In this document: piece after piece, positions 18,476-27,026 of the stretch
Numbering within the stretch: the stretch's first letter is position 1
Layout of the letters: each line of letters starts with the position of its first letter
Assembly (NCBI GenBank): GCA_041652535.1
Contig: JBAZHB010000003.1
Span: 573-64,572 of the forward strand
DNA: 64,000 bases
From: Candidatus Babeliales bacterium
Lineage (GTDB): Bacteria > Babelota > Babeliae > Babelales > RVW-14
Direction of reading: 5' to 3'
Notes under the pieces: model-generated
What the model saw: only the letters and a program-made list of their open reading frames with translations
Database searches by the model: none
What the model was told of the DNA's origin: nothing
Position numbers and translations under genes: made by a program

Positions 18476-19651
18476 TTACGCTTTCAGATTATAGACAGGT
18501 TTCAGGTAGTAGAGAATCTTTGCTGTCGGTTCAATGGCTGCACTTATCATCTGATAGTCTTTGTAACAATCAGGACACTCATCGAGAGTGCTTGCATTAA
18601 CACTCGTTGAACAAATACCTTTCATGTCAGCAACATACTTATCGAGTGAGAGATTCTTCTTCGCCTGTGTTCTACTCATTACTCGACCAGCACCATGAGG
18701 CGCAGAGAAGTTCCATTCAGGATTACTCTTGCCCTCTGCTATGATAGTTCCATCACGCATGTTGAATGGTATAACCATCTTCTCTCCCTCGTAAGAACGG
18801 ATGGCTCCCTTACGGATAACCATATCATTCGGGTCAACGTAGTTGTGAATGGACTCAACAATCTCTGTGATGCTGCACGAAAGAGTATCAGAGATTACAT
18901 CAGCAATTAAACGACGGTTCGATGCTGCATACTGCTGTGCAAAGAACATATCGACGAAATATTCGTATGCTGCTTCTCCTTCGAGGTAGGCCAGGTCAGA
19001 CTTTCCTGCTTTCTTCTGGTGGTAGTTTGCAATCTTAAGTCCGAAGTTACGAGAGCCAGAGTGAACGACGAGCCATACTTTATTCTCCCTGTCAATATCA
19101 ACCTCAATGAAATGGTTTCCACCACCGAGTGTTCCCATTGCGTTAATCACTTGTGCTTCACTTGCTATTACTTTCTTACAGAGGTTAGTGAAGAACCCAT
19201 GTTCATAATAATCAACGGGAGTGTAGTCAGTTCCAAGCATGTCATTGTAATGTTTAGTGAAAGTGTTTAACTGTCGCTGTGCTTGGACGGTGATATATGA
19301 AGTGAGGAATGTTTTACCATTGTGAATGTTGAATCCAAGAGGAATATTTGAACGAATCTGCTCGTCAAGAATCTCAAAGGTAAAGTCTGCTTCATCGAAA
19401 TCCAAGTCGTATTTATATGCGTCCACACCACAGCCAATATCTACGCCGATGGTATTAGGACATACCTTTCCATTGCACTTCTCGGTGAATCCAATTACTG
19501 AACCCTTACCTTCGTGAGTATCGGGCATAATACGAACTGGATTCGTGAATGGAGGCGTGTTCAACATCGAAAGAGTTTGAGAGATAACGCCTTCCTCGAC
19601 GTTATCAATCATTATGAGTGCTTCCCCATACTTTCCTGTCAGTGGTATCAT
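18476..19651 (-). CDS. rtcB: RtcB RNA ligase (3'-phosphate/5'-OH)
   Basis: PDTHEGKG, GVDIGCG, GGGNHFIE, HSGSRNFG, HNY, APHGAGR. Confidence 0.9.
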   Translation of the reverse strand: MIPLTGKYGEALIMIDNVEEGVISQTLSMLNTPPFTNPVRIMPDTHEGKGSVIGFTEKCNGKVCPNTIGVDIGCGVDAYKYDLDFDEADFTFEILDEQIRSNIPLGFNIHNGKTFLTSYITVQAQRQLNTFTKHYNDMLGTDYTPVDYYEHGFFTNLCKKVIASEAQVINAMGTLGGGNHFIEVDIDRENKVWLVVHSGSRNFGLKIANYHQKKAGKSDLAYLEGEAAYEYFVDMFFAQQYAASNRRLIADVISDTLSCSITEIVESIHNYVDPNDMVIRKGAIRSYEGEKMVIPFNMRDGTIIAEGKSNPEWNFSAPHGAGRVMSRTQAKKNLSLDKYVADMKGICSTSVNASTLDECPDCYKDYQMISAAIEPTAKILYYLKPVYNLKA

Positions 19652-20562
19652 AATTGATCCCTCAATGCGATGGCAATTGCTTCAGCGAACCTCACTGGAA
19701 CAGCATTGCCTATCATCTTATAGACGTTATCAAGCGTCGTCGATTTGAACTTGAATGAATCACGGAACGTCTGAATCCTGGCGCACTCGTGAGTCGATAG
19801 ACGGAACGCTTTAGATGGGTTGTCAAATTCCCATACGTCAGTGTCAACTTTGTGCATCGGTGATGAGTCTGGATGCAATGGTGTCTGCCTTCCACTTGCC
19901 ATGATGGTAAACGATGGCTGATTCCATGTGCGTCTGCGATTACGCGCCATATAAATTGGTGAGTAACTTCCCTTCCATCGGAGAGGATCGTCAATGTTCA
20001 CTGGTAAATCTTTAAGCGCGTCTTTGAGAACGAATGAAACTGGAATGTTATGTGGGAATGAAAACAACTGTTTGTCTTTCATCCCGACGATGATTACTCG
20101 CTTGCGGTCCTGGGGTACGCCATAGTCTGCGGCGTTTAAGAGTTTGTATGCGACGGTATATCCAAGTTTCTCAAACTGGTTGATGATGTCATTGAACGCA
20201 TCACCGTGATGCTTTGAGAGAATCCCTGCGACATTTTCTGCGACAAAGAAGCGAGGAGATTTATCTTTGAGGACACGGATATACTGATTGAATAACTGTC
20301 CTCGTTCATCTTTGATACCACGCATCTCACCAGCAGTAGACCACGACTGACACGGCGGGCCACCAATGATACCATCACTGTCAGGTATCTCATACGATGG
20401 TATGTCTTGAATCTTCGCTGTATTTAAAACGCAGCGATGATTAAGTCCATAAGTAGTTGCAACGCTACTCTCGCAATCGTTAGCGAAAGAGATAAAAAAG
20501 CCAGCATTTTCAAACCCTGTATCCAGACCACCGCATCCTGAAAATAAGGATACTAATCTCAT
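19648..20562 (-). CDS. dcm: DNA (cytosine-5) methyltransferase
   Basis: LFSGCGGLDTGF, GGPPCQSWS, ENV, QDRKRVIIVG, GNAVP. Confidence 0.9.
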   Translation of the reverse strand: MRLVSLFSGCGGLDTGFENAGFFISFANDCESSVATTYGLNHRCVLNTAKIQDIPSYEIPDSDGIIGGPPCQSWSTAGEMRGIKDERGQLFNQYIRVLKDKSPRFFVAENVAGILSKHHGDAFNDIINQFEKLGYTVAYKLLNAADYGVPQDRKRVIIVGMKDKQLFSFPHNIPVSFVLKDALKDLPVNIDDPLRWKGSYSPIYMARNRRRTWNQPSFTIMASGRQTPLHPDSSPMHKVDTDVWEFDNPSKAFRLSTHECARIQTFRDSFKFKSTTLDNVYKMIGNAVPVRFAEAIAIALRDQL

Positions 20563-20966
20563 TTCTTCTTCCTCATATCAGGACGTTCTTTCCTCAACTT
20601 TGCTGGCGTTGGGTTGTATGGATGGAACGGATAGAGAGGACAGTTCTTACAGCCACAGTCACCAATTCCATCGACGTAGTACGCCATACATTCATAGCAT
20701 TTTGCCTCAATGGATTCACGCAGATTGAGATGCTCTCCCTGAATGAACGCAACGAATGAGGTCTTTCCTGCTGCCTTCGTTTCATCTTCCATGTTTGCAA
20801 GCGTAGGATAGTCTGGCTCATAGACGCGCTTTGCTGGCGCTTTAACTTCGACCTTCTTCTCTGTTTTCTTTGACGCTTCGACAATGGTTTGTTTCTTCAC
20901 TGGATTTGGTGCGTCCAAATCTTTTCTAGGAGTTTTCATCATCCTATCATTTTTCTTGACAAACAT
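20559..20966 (-). CDS. Basic N-terminus plus Cys-rich C-terminus protein (135 aa)
   Basis: CYECMAYYVDGIGDCGCKNCPLYPF. Confidence 0.55.
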   Translation of the reverse strand: MFVKKNDRMMKTPRKDLDAPNPVKKQTIVEASKKTEKKVEVKAPAKRVYEPDYPTLANMEDETKAAGKTSFVAFIQGEHLNLRESIEAKCYECMAYYVDGIGDCGCKNCPLYPFHPYNPTPAKLRKERPDMRKKK

Positions 20967-21415
20967 TATTCCACCTCGTACATTTTCCTTCCAAGTTGGT
21001 CAACAATACGTCTTACGATTCCACCAAGAGAACCATCGCTGAAATACCCGATATAGAATCTAGTTCTATCAGCGAAAATAATCTCATCAACACGATGGTA
21101 TCCTCTGTAAATCTCATTTAACTGATGAGGTTTCTTAAGGTTGTTCACGATGGTTTTCTGTTCACATCTAAAGCAAACCCAGTCCTTATAGACGAGGGCG
21201 TTCTTTAAATACTTCTCGAAGTGAATGAGATACATCTCACCACAGCAAGAACACTTGACATACACCCATGTTGCGTGTTCGATTTCATGAAGTTCTTTCT
21301 CGTTAATTTTATTCTGCGCGAGAATCTTCGCATGTTTCTTTTTGAAACACTCGTCTTTGAACCGCATGTAGTTATAGGTGCGCGTCGCTTTATCGACTGT
21401 TAATCCTTTGCTCAT
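20966..21415 (-). CDS. Zn-binding hypothetical protein (149 aa)
   Basis: CSCCGE ... CFRCEQK. Confidence 0.55.
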   Translation of the reverse strand: MSKGLTVDKATRTYNYMRFKDECFKKKHAKILAQNKINEKELHEIEHATWVYVKCSCCGEMYLIHFEKYLKNALVYKDWVCFRCEQKTIVNNLKKPHQLNEIYRGYHRVDEIIFADRTRFYIGYFSDGSLGGIVRRIVDQLGRKMYEVE

Positions 21416-21537
21416 TCTTCATCCTCTCCTGGGCATCTACCATAAGGTTCGAGGTGAACTTGGCAGACGCAATCTTTATATCGATGTTCGCAGTCCTTTT
21501 CTTGAAATCCACATTCAACGAGAAGTTCATCAGACAT
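21412..21537 (-). CDS. Cys-rich mini-protein (41 aa)
   Basis: MSDELLVECGFQEKDCEHRYKDCVCQVHLEPYGRCPGEDEE. ATGA coupling at its stop; its ATG lies 8 nt inside the end of the upstream gene. Confidence 0.35.
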   Translation of the reverse strand: MSDELLVECGFQEKDCEHRYKDCVCQVHLEPYGRCPGEDEE

Positions 21538-21907
21538 ACCTTCCCAACTCCGTCGTGTTACAAACTATTCCATCCCAATACTTTGGAAGATTCTTCGTCC
21601 ACATTGGATCGTCATCGACGTAGACATCTGCAAGCAACACCCGTAAATAGTTCGCCTTCATCATATATAAATACTTGGGTTCCGTTATACCAAGAGGATT
21701 CATTAAAAGAACCTTCGGTGTTACACCAAGTTCTTTCAGATGTGCAAGAGTTAATTCACGTCTTGTTTCAGGACGACCAGTGATAACATACTTGACCTTC
21801 ACTGGGTTGACGCATGGATTAAGGAACCTTCTTCCCGTCGGTTGATGAGTCCATGCTCCCCAAAGATTGAGGTCAACTGTTCCATCAATATCGTAAACTA
21901 TTCTCAT
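21530..21907 (-). CDS. Small HAD-superfamily phosphatase
   Basis: DIDGT, VITGR, DVYVDDD. Confidence 0.55.
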   Translation of the reverse strand: MRIVYDIDGTVDLNLWGAWTHQPTGRRFLNPCVNPVKVKYVITGRPETRRELTLAHLKELGVTPKVLLMNPLGITEPKYLYMMKANYLRVLLADVYVDDDPMWTKNLPKYWDGIVCNTTELGRYV

Positions 21908-22077
21908 TTAACATACCCCAATCTTTTTCTCTGTGCTTTCTTCTCTGATTCTGTGAGTGCTATCCCCGTTTGATAATGGTAATTGTTTCCATTAAACATC
22001 TGGAACCAACACTCCTCGGAGCAACACCCATCTTGGTGATGCTCCATCTCTTTACCACAGATAATGCAGTAAGGCAT
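21904..22077 (-). CDS. Zn-binding mini-protein (57 aa)
   Basis: MPYCIICGKEMEHHQDGCCSEECW... ATGA coupling. Confidence 0.4.
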   Translation of the reverse strand: MPYCIICGKEMEHHQDGCCSEECWFQMFNGNNYHYQTGIALTESEKKAQRKRLGYVK

Positions 22078-22235
22078 TATAATACCACAGTAAGGATAAA
22101 GAGAAACGCAATTGTCGTTACAAATATACCAGAGAAAAACCCTCGTGTGAAGGCTTTATTAACCTCTGGCTTTGGAACATACTCCACGCATGGAGATGAA
22201 CCTGCTTGTGCTGCTACGAAATCTTCGTCACTCAT
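22077..22235 (-). CDS. Tail-anchored membrane mini-protein (52 aa)
   Basis: MSDEDF...GFFSGIFVTTIAFLFILTVVL. TAATG coupling. Confidence 0.35.
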   Translation of the reverse strand: MSDEDFVAAQAGSSPCVEYVPKPEVNKAFTRGFFSGIFVTTIAFLFILTVVL

Positions 22236-22336
22236 ACTGGCATCAGTCCGAATAATATATTAATAATATATACGTGATACTTCACACCAACGCCTATGAA
22301 AAACATGAATACAATGAAGTAAACGATGTATCTCAT
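22232..22336 (-). CDS. Membrane mini-protein (34 aa)
   Basis: MRYIVYFIVFMFFIGVGV... ATGA coupling. Confidence 0.3.
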   Translation of the reverse strand: MRYIVYFIVFMFFIGVGVKYHVYIINILFGLMPV

Positions 22337-22352
22337 GGATATTTCTGTCGCA

Positions 22353-22514
22353 TCATACTCCATAAATCTTGTCCTGGCAGGTCTGACAGTATCCCGCTAT
22401 TCTAAATTCACGTCGGCTCAATTCATCTCTGAATGAATTAACATCGACGAACTGTTCACAACGAGGGCATTTGCCTTCTCGTCTTAACTCAAACTTTCTT
22501 GCTAGACTCACCAT
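22353..22514 (-). CDS. Zinc-ribbon protein (53 aa)
   Basis: Internal ATG 22514 follows GGAGA. CPRCEQ ... CQTCQD. Confidence 0.45.
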   Translation of the reverse strand: MVSLARKFELRREGKCPRCEQFVDVNSFRDELSRREFRIAGYCQTCQDKIYGV

Positions 22515-22743
22515 CGAAGTATCTCCATGACCATCCGACAAGTTTACCAAGTCCGAAGAATCTCTGTCGTCCATCTGGAACTTTACCATAGCATGTATGC
22601 ACTACGTCACGATGATACATATTGAACACGACGATAGGTGGCTGTTCAAGAATGTCCTCACCAAAATTAGTGACACACATCACGTCGAAGTATTCTCCAC
22701 ATTGAGAACACTTATAACGAAGGCAGATATTAACTTCTCTCAT
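22489..22743 (-). CDS. Zn-binding hypothetical protein (84 aa)
   Basis: CSQCGEYF ... motif. ORF track. Confidence 0.5.
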   Translation of the reverse strand: MREVNICLRYKCSQCGEYFDVMCVTNFGEDILEQPPIVVFNMYHRDVVHTCYGKVPDGRQRFFGLGKLVGWSWRYFDGESSKKV

Positions 22744-23076
22744 TCACTCACCTTTGAGATTACGAAGTAGTTCCTTCGGTTTCATTCCGAGGTCGAGTTG
22801 TTCTGAACGAGGACAGTGATTGCATATGCTATCCTTAATAAACTCGTCACACATAGGGATGAGGTCACACTTCTTTACTACTGCGCTTACCCATTGACAG
22901 AGAACTACTTCTCCGTCGCAGGTTCCATTACATTTTGAACACATGATTTCACTTCTTTGCTCTTGGGCATCGTTCCTTCGTACAATACTCCGTCCGTTTG
23001 GAGTGGTGACAAAATGCACCACCTCGGACGATACCAATAACTTTGCATTTGGAAGAAAATTCATTCCATTCGTCAT
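22744..23076 (-). CDS. Cys-rich hypothetical protein (110 aa)
   Basis: ORF track. Multiple Cys pairs. Confidence 0.5.
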   Translation of the reverse strand: MTNGMNFLPNAKLLVSSEVVHFVTTPNGRSIVRRNDAQEQRSEIMCSKCNGTCDGEVVLCQWVSAVVKKCDLIPMCDEFIKDSICNHCPRSEQLDLGMKPKELLRNLKGE

Positions 23077-23228
23077 CAGTCATCATCTCTTTTCACCTTC
23101 ATCAAAATCTTCTGTCTTGCAACGATGCGCTTTAACACATCTTGTTTCTGTTCTATTGTCGCTTCATCGAGAAACAATTTGGTTTGCTCTGCGACGAGTG
23201 CTTCAAGTTCTTTGTCATGAATTGTCAT
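23076..23228 (-). CDS. Helical mini-protein (50 aa)
   Basis: MTIHDKELEALVAEQTKLFLDEATIEQKQDVLKRIVARQKILMKVKRDDD. Stop overlaps the next ATG. Confidence 0.35.
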   Translation of the reverse strand: MTIHDKELEALVAEQTKLFLDEATIEQKQDVLKRIVARQKILMKVKRDDD

Positions 23229-23508
23229 ACTTATCATCTTCGATTAACTTCTTAAGAAAATCGCCATGACATCTCTTGGGCTTGCACCAACAACCTAGAC
23301 GCTTCGCCGTGAATAACTCGGAGATGTCGAGATGCCCGTCCTTTAACATACGCATGATATAAAGAGCGTAAGCATCGCAGACTGCATCTCGTTCAGATTC
23401 ATTGTGCATGAAAAAAGGATTACCCCAAGAGGTAGTCCTGTCAATTTTTACATCGCCAGGTTGACCCCATCGAGGAGAGCAACTGCGAATGTTTACGACT
23501 TCAACCAT
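23215..23508 (-). CDS. DUF4326-like protein
   Basis: SWGNPF ... LGCWCKPKRCHGDFL. Confidence 0.55.
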   Translation of the reverse strand: MVEVVNIRSCSPRWGQPGDVKIDRTTSWGNPFFMHNESERDAVCDAYALYIMRMLKDGHLDISELFTAKRLGCWCKPKRCHGDFLKKLIEDDKYDNS

Positions 23509-23652
23509 TTATTCTTCCTCTAACTCCTCAATCTGTGAGAGTAGTTCTTCAACATCAACCACTTGTCGATACTGACAATCCTCTGGTCTAGCATCGAATG
23601 AATTGTTTCCAATCCATATACGTAAGGCGTTGGTCATGTCGTGTGCGCTCAT
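23509..23652 (-). CDS. Acidic mini-protein (47 aa)
   Basis: MSAHDMTNALRIWIGNNSF...EELEEE. ATGA overlap with the RNA ligase stop. Confidence 0.35.
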   Translation of the reverse strand: MSAHDMTNALRIWIGNNSFDARPEDCQYRQVVDVEELLSQIEELEEE

Positions 23653-24926
23653 GATTCTTCTTCCATATCCGACGAGCCTTCGAGTTTAATGTTGTCCTCT
23701 AGCACGTCGAACTCATAGGACTTATACTTCCATGCTTGCCACTGGTTGCAATCATTACGAATAACGACACCCTCTTTGATGTGGTGACCATCGAGAGTTG
23801 AACATCCGTTTGCATTTCCTTTACAGATTTCAACAAGTCTGTCGATGTCTCCACTAAACTCAAATGATTCGAGAATGGGAACTACATTTACACCAATCTG
23901 GTTACAACGAGTTACCATTTCTTCGGTGGTATAATCAACTTCATTACCATCCTCACCAGTGATAGACATACGATAGACATAGACTTCGTGCTGTCCTTCT
24001 TGACAACCATAGGTGAAGTTCATGTCCTTCCCGTAGCGTTTCGTCAGTTCTTTATCCTGAATCTTCTCTGTCTTACCACTCGGCATGATGAGAGAACTTC
24101 CGAGAGTGTAACCGACGATTTCATAGTAGACAGTTTCGCCTGGTTTGAGTTTACCGTCGAAGTATTTGTCATGCAGTTCTTTACGGAAGCCTTCTTTCTC
24201 CTGATAGAAACCAGTGTGTCGCTCCCAATCCTTTATTACGGTGTTGCGAGTGCCGCATACATACTTCCATGTGATTGTAGGCTTGATGAGTGTTCGTTTG
24301 CAGCAACGGTTTATTAAGGCTCCCCACCAAGTTTGCTGCGACATTAGTGCATGTGCTGAACGCTGTGATGTTCCATGAAGTTTCTCGGTTATCACAAGGT
24401 TCATGCCCTTCTCAATGTCGTCGAGTTTGTAGAGGATACGCTCTGTGTCGTGGTGCTTACGGAAGAATAAGAACTTCTCCTTCTGTGTTTCTGGTGCTGG
24501 ATTCGTGCCAGTGTATGCGTTACGTTTAACGACGTACTTCTCACAGAACGGATGCCCATGAAATGTGTTTAGTTCTTCTCCTTCGTTGAGGTCGTCGATA
24601 TTACCAGCATATTCAAGCGTCTTTAACGCTGTGAAGAAACCATTCGACTTCTGACCTCGGAGTTTCTGAACGCGCACCTTACCATTCTCGGCAAAGATAC
24701 CACCTGATTTTGTTCCATCTTCTGCAACCTTACGAACCAAGTCGTTGTATTGCAGATACTCTGGAAGCAGTCGTCCATCGGCAGGGAAGTAAAGTCCTAA
24801 CTGTCCTTCTCTTGTATCCTTACCGACGACAACTTCTTGTCCGAACACATCACCGACGACAAGATTGTCGGCTTTGGGTATAGGACGAAGGTTTTTAATC
24901 CTCGTCACATAAGCAAAGTAAGTCAT
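23649..24926 (-). CDS. ATP-dependent RNA ligase, DRB0094/Rnl5-like
   Basis: N-terminal OB-like IKNLRPIPKADNL. Motif I EKLHGTS, IV EGVVIR, V WKYKS. Confidence 0.65.
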   Translation of the reverse strand: MTYFAYVTRIKNLRPIPKADNLVVGDVFGQEVVVGKDTREGQLGLYFPADGRLLPEYLQYNDLVRKVAEDGTKSGGIFAENGKVRVQKLRGQKSNGFFTALKTLEYAGNIDDLNEGEELNTFHGHPFCEKYVVKRNAYTGTNPAPETQKEKFLFFRKHHDTERILYKLDDIEKGMNLVITEKLHGTSQRSAHALMSQQTWWGALINRCCKRTLIKPTITWKYVCGTRNTVIKDWERHTGFYQEKEGFRKELHDKYFDGKLKPGETVYYEIVGYTLGSSLIMPSGKTEKIQDKELTKRYGKDMNFTYGCQEGQHEVYVYRMSITGEDGNEVDYTTEEMVTRCNQIGVNVVPILESFEFSGDIDRLVEICKGNANGCSTLDGHHIKEGVVIRNDCNQWQAWKYKSYEFDVLEDNIKLEGSSDMEEES

Positions 24927-24928
24927 AA

Positions 24929-25177
24929 TTACAGGCGGTGAAGTTGCTTCTTGTTCTTCTTGCTTGCGTCAGCAAAGAATATCTGCTTTGCTATCTGACG
25001 TATAGCGACTGCACCACAATGCTCGGAGTGAGTCAGTTCATCAATCATGTCAGATGCTTTACTATCCGTAATGTTAAACGGACATGATGAACATGGGTGT
25101 TCACAGTTCCAGGTGGCGGCCAGGCCTGTAATCATCTTGTTGAATTTCTTCTGGTTTAACTTCAGTTTTGCAGTCAT
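24929..25177 (-). CDS. Cys-containing hypothetical protein (82 aa)
   Basis: ORF track. Confidence 0.5.
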   Translation of the reverse strand: MTAKLKLNQKKFNKMITGLAATWNCEHPCSSCPFNITDSKASDMIDELTHSEHCGAVAIRQIAKQIFFADASKKNKKQLHRL

Positions 25178-25467
25178 GTATTATCTCCCCTTTCATTTAC
25201 CTTTATAACGTGCGATGCCCAATCATTGTAAGCATCGACGAACTCACATGCCATACGATACTCATAACCATTCTCGACGAGAGCATTTTTAATGTCCTCA
25301 CTACTAACACCGAACTGGTTTATGAGATTGTCCATGAGGTAATAGAAACTAAACCTCACACATTTGAGTGTTTCTTTTTTGTCCTCGTTGCGCTCACTGT
25401 CAATCAAGTCTTTCATCTCGACGACAGATACAACACCGAAGGCAACACTCTCATTGATTTTCTTCAT
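25174..25467 (-). CDS. Hypothetical protein (97 aa)
   Basis: ORF track. Confidence 0.5.
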   Translation of the reverse strand: MKKINESVAFGVVSVVEMKDLIDSERNEDKKETLKCVRFSFYYLMDNLINQFGVSSEDIKNALVENGYEYRMACEFVDAYNDWASHVIKVNERGDNT

Positions 25468-25634
25468 AGTAATCTTCCAGTGTTTAACATCTTAAGACTA
25501 ACGATTGACATCTCCCATTGCGCCATCGTTATATTCGTATCTCGAATCAACCCATAATGAGGCGGGTCGTTGAGAGTGATGTGAAGCAGACGATAACTCT
25601 CCATGAAATCATCCCTCACATGAGCAACTCTCAT
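25464..25634 (-). CDS. Mini-protein (56 aa)
   Basis: Hand translation MRVAHVRDDFMESYRLLHITLND... ATGA coupling at both ends. Confidence 0.35.
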   Translation of the reverse strand: MRVAHVRDDFMESYRLLHITLNDPPHYGLIRDTNITMAQWEMSIVSLKMLNTGRLL

Positions 25635-25876
25635 TCCTTAACACCAACGACTTTCATCTTAAGATACGTGACGGTATCATTAACGTCGTTGACATGATGC
25701 GTTGCTTTGTTTCCAAGCCGAACCTCACGCTGATAAACATCGTCTATCATATCCGATAGTTCCTGCTTGTTATCCTTGAAAGTCTCAAGATTTTTCGCTA
25801 CATCATCCTCGACAGTGACATCATAAACTTCCTCTGTCACACTCTGCCGAGCAAGCATAATCGTAACTCGTTTCAT
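25631..25876 (-). CDS. Hypothetical protein (81 aa)
   Basis: ORF track. Confidence 0.5.
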   Translation of the reverse strand: MKRVTIMLARQSVTEEVYDVTVEDDVAKNLETFKDNKQELSDMIDDVYQREVRLGNKATHHVNDVNDTVTYLKMKVVGVKE

Positions 25877-26031
25877 ATTCGCTTCTCCCTATCTCCTCGA
25901 TTCAATGCTGCGGGTCTACCACAGAAACGACATGAGAGAACTTCATCTTCGTCCTCACCATCTTCAACAAACTTCAATCCTTTGGGGTCGAACACCATGC
26001 CACAATACGGACAGCGTAAGTATTCAACCAC
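25873..26031 (-). CDS. Zinc-ribbon mini-protein (52 aa, GTG start)
   Basis: VVEYLRCPYCGMVF...SCRFCGRPAAL. ATGA coupling downstream. Confidence 0.35.
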   Translation of the reverse strand: MVEYLRCPYCGMVFDPKGLKFVEDGEDEDEVLSCRFCGRPAALNRGDREKRI

Positions 26032-26389
26032 TGTAAACCATGCCTTCATTACTTTCCTCTGTCGTAATGTTGTTCGCTTTCACGAAACACTTCAATGCTT
26101 CGAGAGATATAAAGGCATGAGAGTAGTAATACACCGAATCAATCGTCATATCTTTGACGCTTGGGTCGTCTAAATCAATGTCATATTTAGACTTGATTAC
26201 CTCTTTAAACTTTTCCTCGTCGAAATATTTCTTCGAGTAATAAGCAAATTCAGATTGCAGTTCAGAGTTGAAAGCAGACACATCATAAGTCTGCATCCTC
26301 TCGGTGATATTGTTATACTCATCGATAAATTTATCACGAATTTTATCGAGGTGTTCATTGAAAAGTTTTATGTCCTTCGTGCTACTCAT
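26024..26389 (-). CDS. Hypothetical protein (121 aa)
   Basis: ORF track. Confidence 0.5.
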   Translation of the reverse strand: MSSTKDIKLFNEHLDKIRDKFIDEYNNITERMQTYDVSAFNSELQSEFAYYSKKYFDEEKFKEVIKSKYDIDLDDPSVKDMTIDSVYYYSHAFISLEALKCFVKANNITTEESNEGMVYSG

Positions 26390-26913
26390 AGAAGTTTCAC
26401 CTTCTCGATGTAATACTTCTGACTTCCCTTATCAACCACTCGACACCCACCTATTTCAACTGCATTACCCTCGGTAAGATTATACACACCGAAGTATTGT
26501 TCAGTTAAACCTGGCGTATTAACCTCGAAGATACCATAACCAATGTGGGTGACAGTAATATTCGGAGCCAATAGTGGTGAACCTTGAAGGAAGTCCAGAA
26601 GTATCAACCTTTTTTCTTCTGTGTTCTGAACGAATCTCATGAATCGTTTATTGCGAGTGATGATTGCATCGACTGACTTCTTACGTTTATCGAAGTATTC
26701 TTTCATCACTTCAACACCAGCATCAGAGATACGCATGTTAGATGGCACATTCTGAATCGCTCTGTCTGTTTCGATGTAGCCAGTTTTATAGAATGACTTC
26801 ATCGTCGAAGAAGATATGCCTTTCGTTGCTACGAATGTATCTCTCCTTCCAGTTTCAACATAACGTCGATAGAGTGAAACAAGAATCGCCCTTTGTTTAG
26901 GTGTAAGATTCAT
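26386..26913 (-). CDS. Putative winged-helix DNA-binding protein (175 aa); first gene of an operon
   Basis: N-terminal LTPKQRAILVSLYRRYVETG. TATA box upstream. Confidence 0.45.
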   Translation of the reverse strand: MNLTPKQRAILVSLYRRYVETGRRDTFVATKGISSSTMKSFYKTGYIETDRAIQNVPSNMRISDAGVEVMKEYFDKRKKSVDAIITRNKRFMRFVQNTEEKRLILLDFLQGSPLLAPNITVTHIGYGIFEVNTPGLTEQYFGVYNLTEGNAVEIGGCRVVDKGSQKYYIEKVKLL

Positions 26914-26951
26914 TAATTTCGCTTCTCCTCTTATTATTATGTTCGCAAAAC

Positions 26952-26959
26952 TATTTAAA
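26952..26959 (-). promoter_or_regulatory. TTTAAATA box (archaeal TATA-like)
   Basis: Lies 38 nt upstream of ATG 26913, in an intergenic gap. Confidence 0.45.
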
Positions 26960-27026
26960 TGTTTGTATCAGTCTGCATCACCGAGGAAATCATCGACGGT
27001 ATCATCAGTATAAGGTGATGGTGGCA

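Noticed and set aside
22353-22743. 100-nt overlap between ORFs 22353-22589 and 22489-22743, considered as a possible frameshift site
   Set aside because: An internal ATG at 22514 preceded by GGAGA reduces the overlap to 26 nt. Two separate zinc-ribbon genes is the simpler reading.
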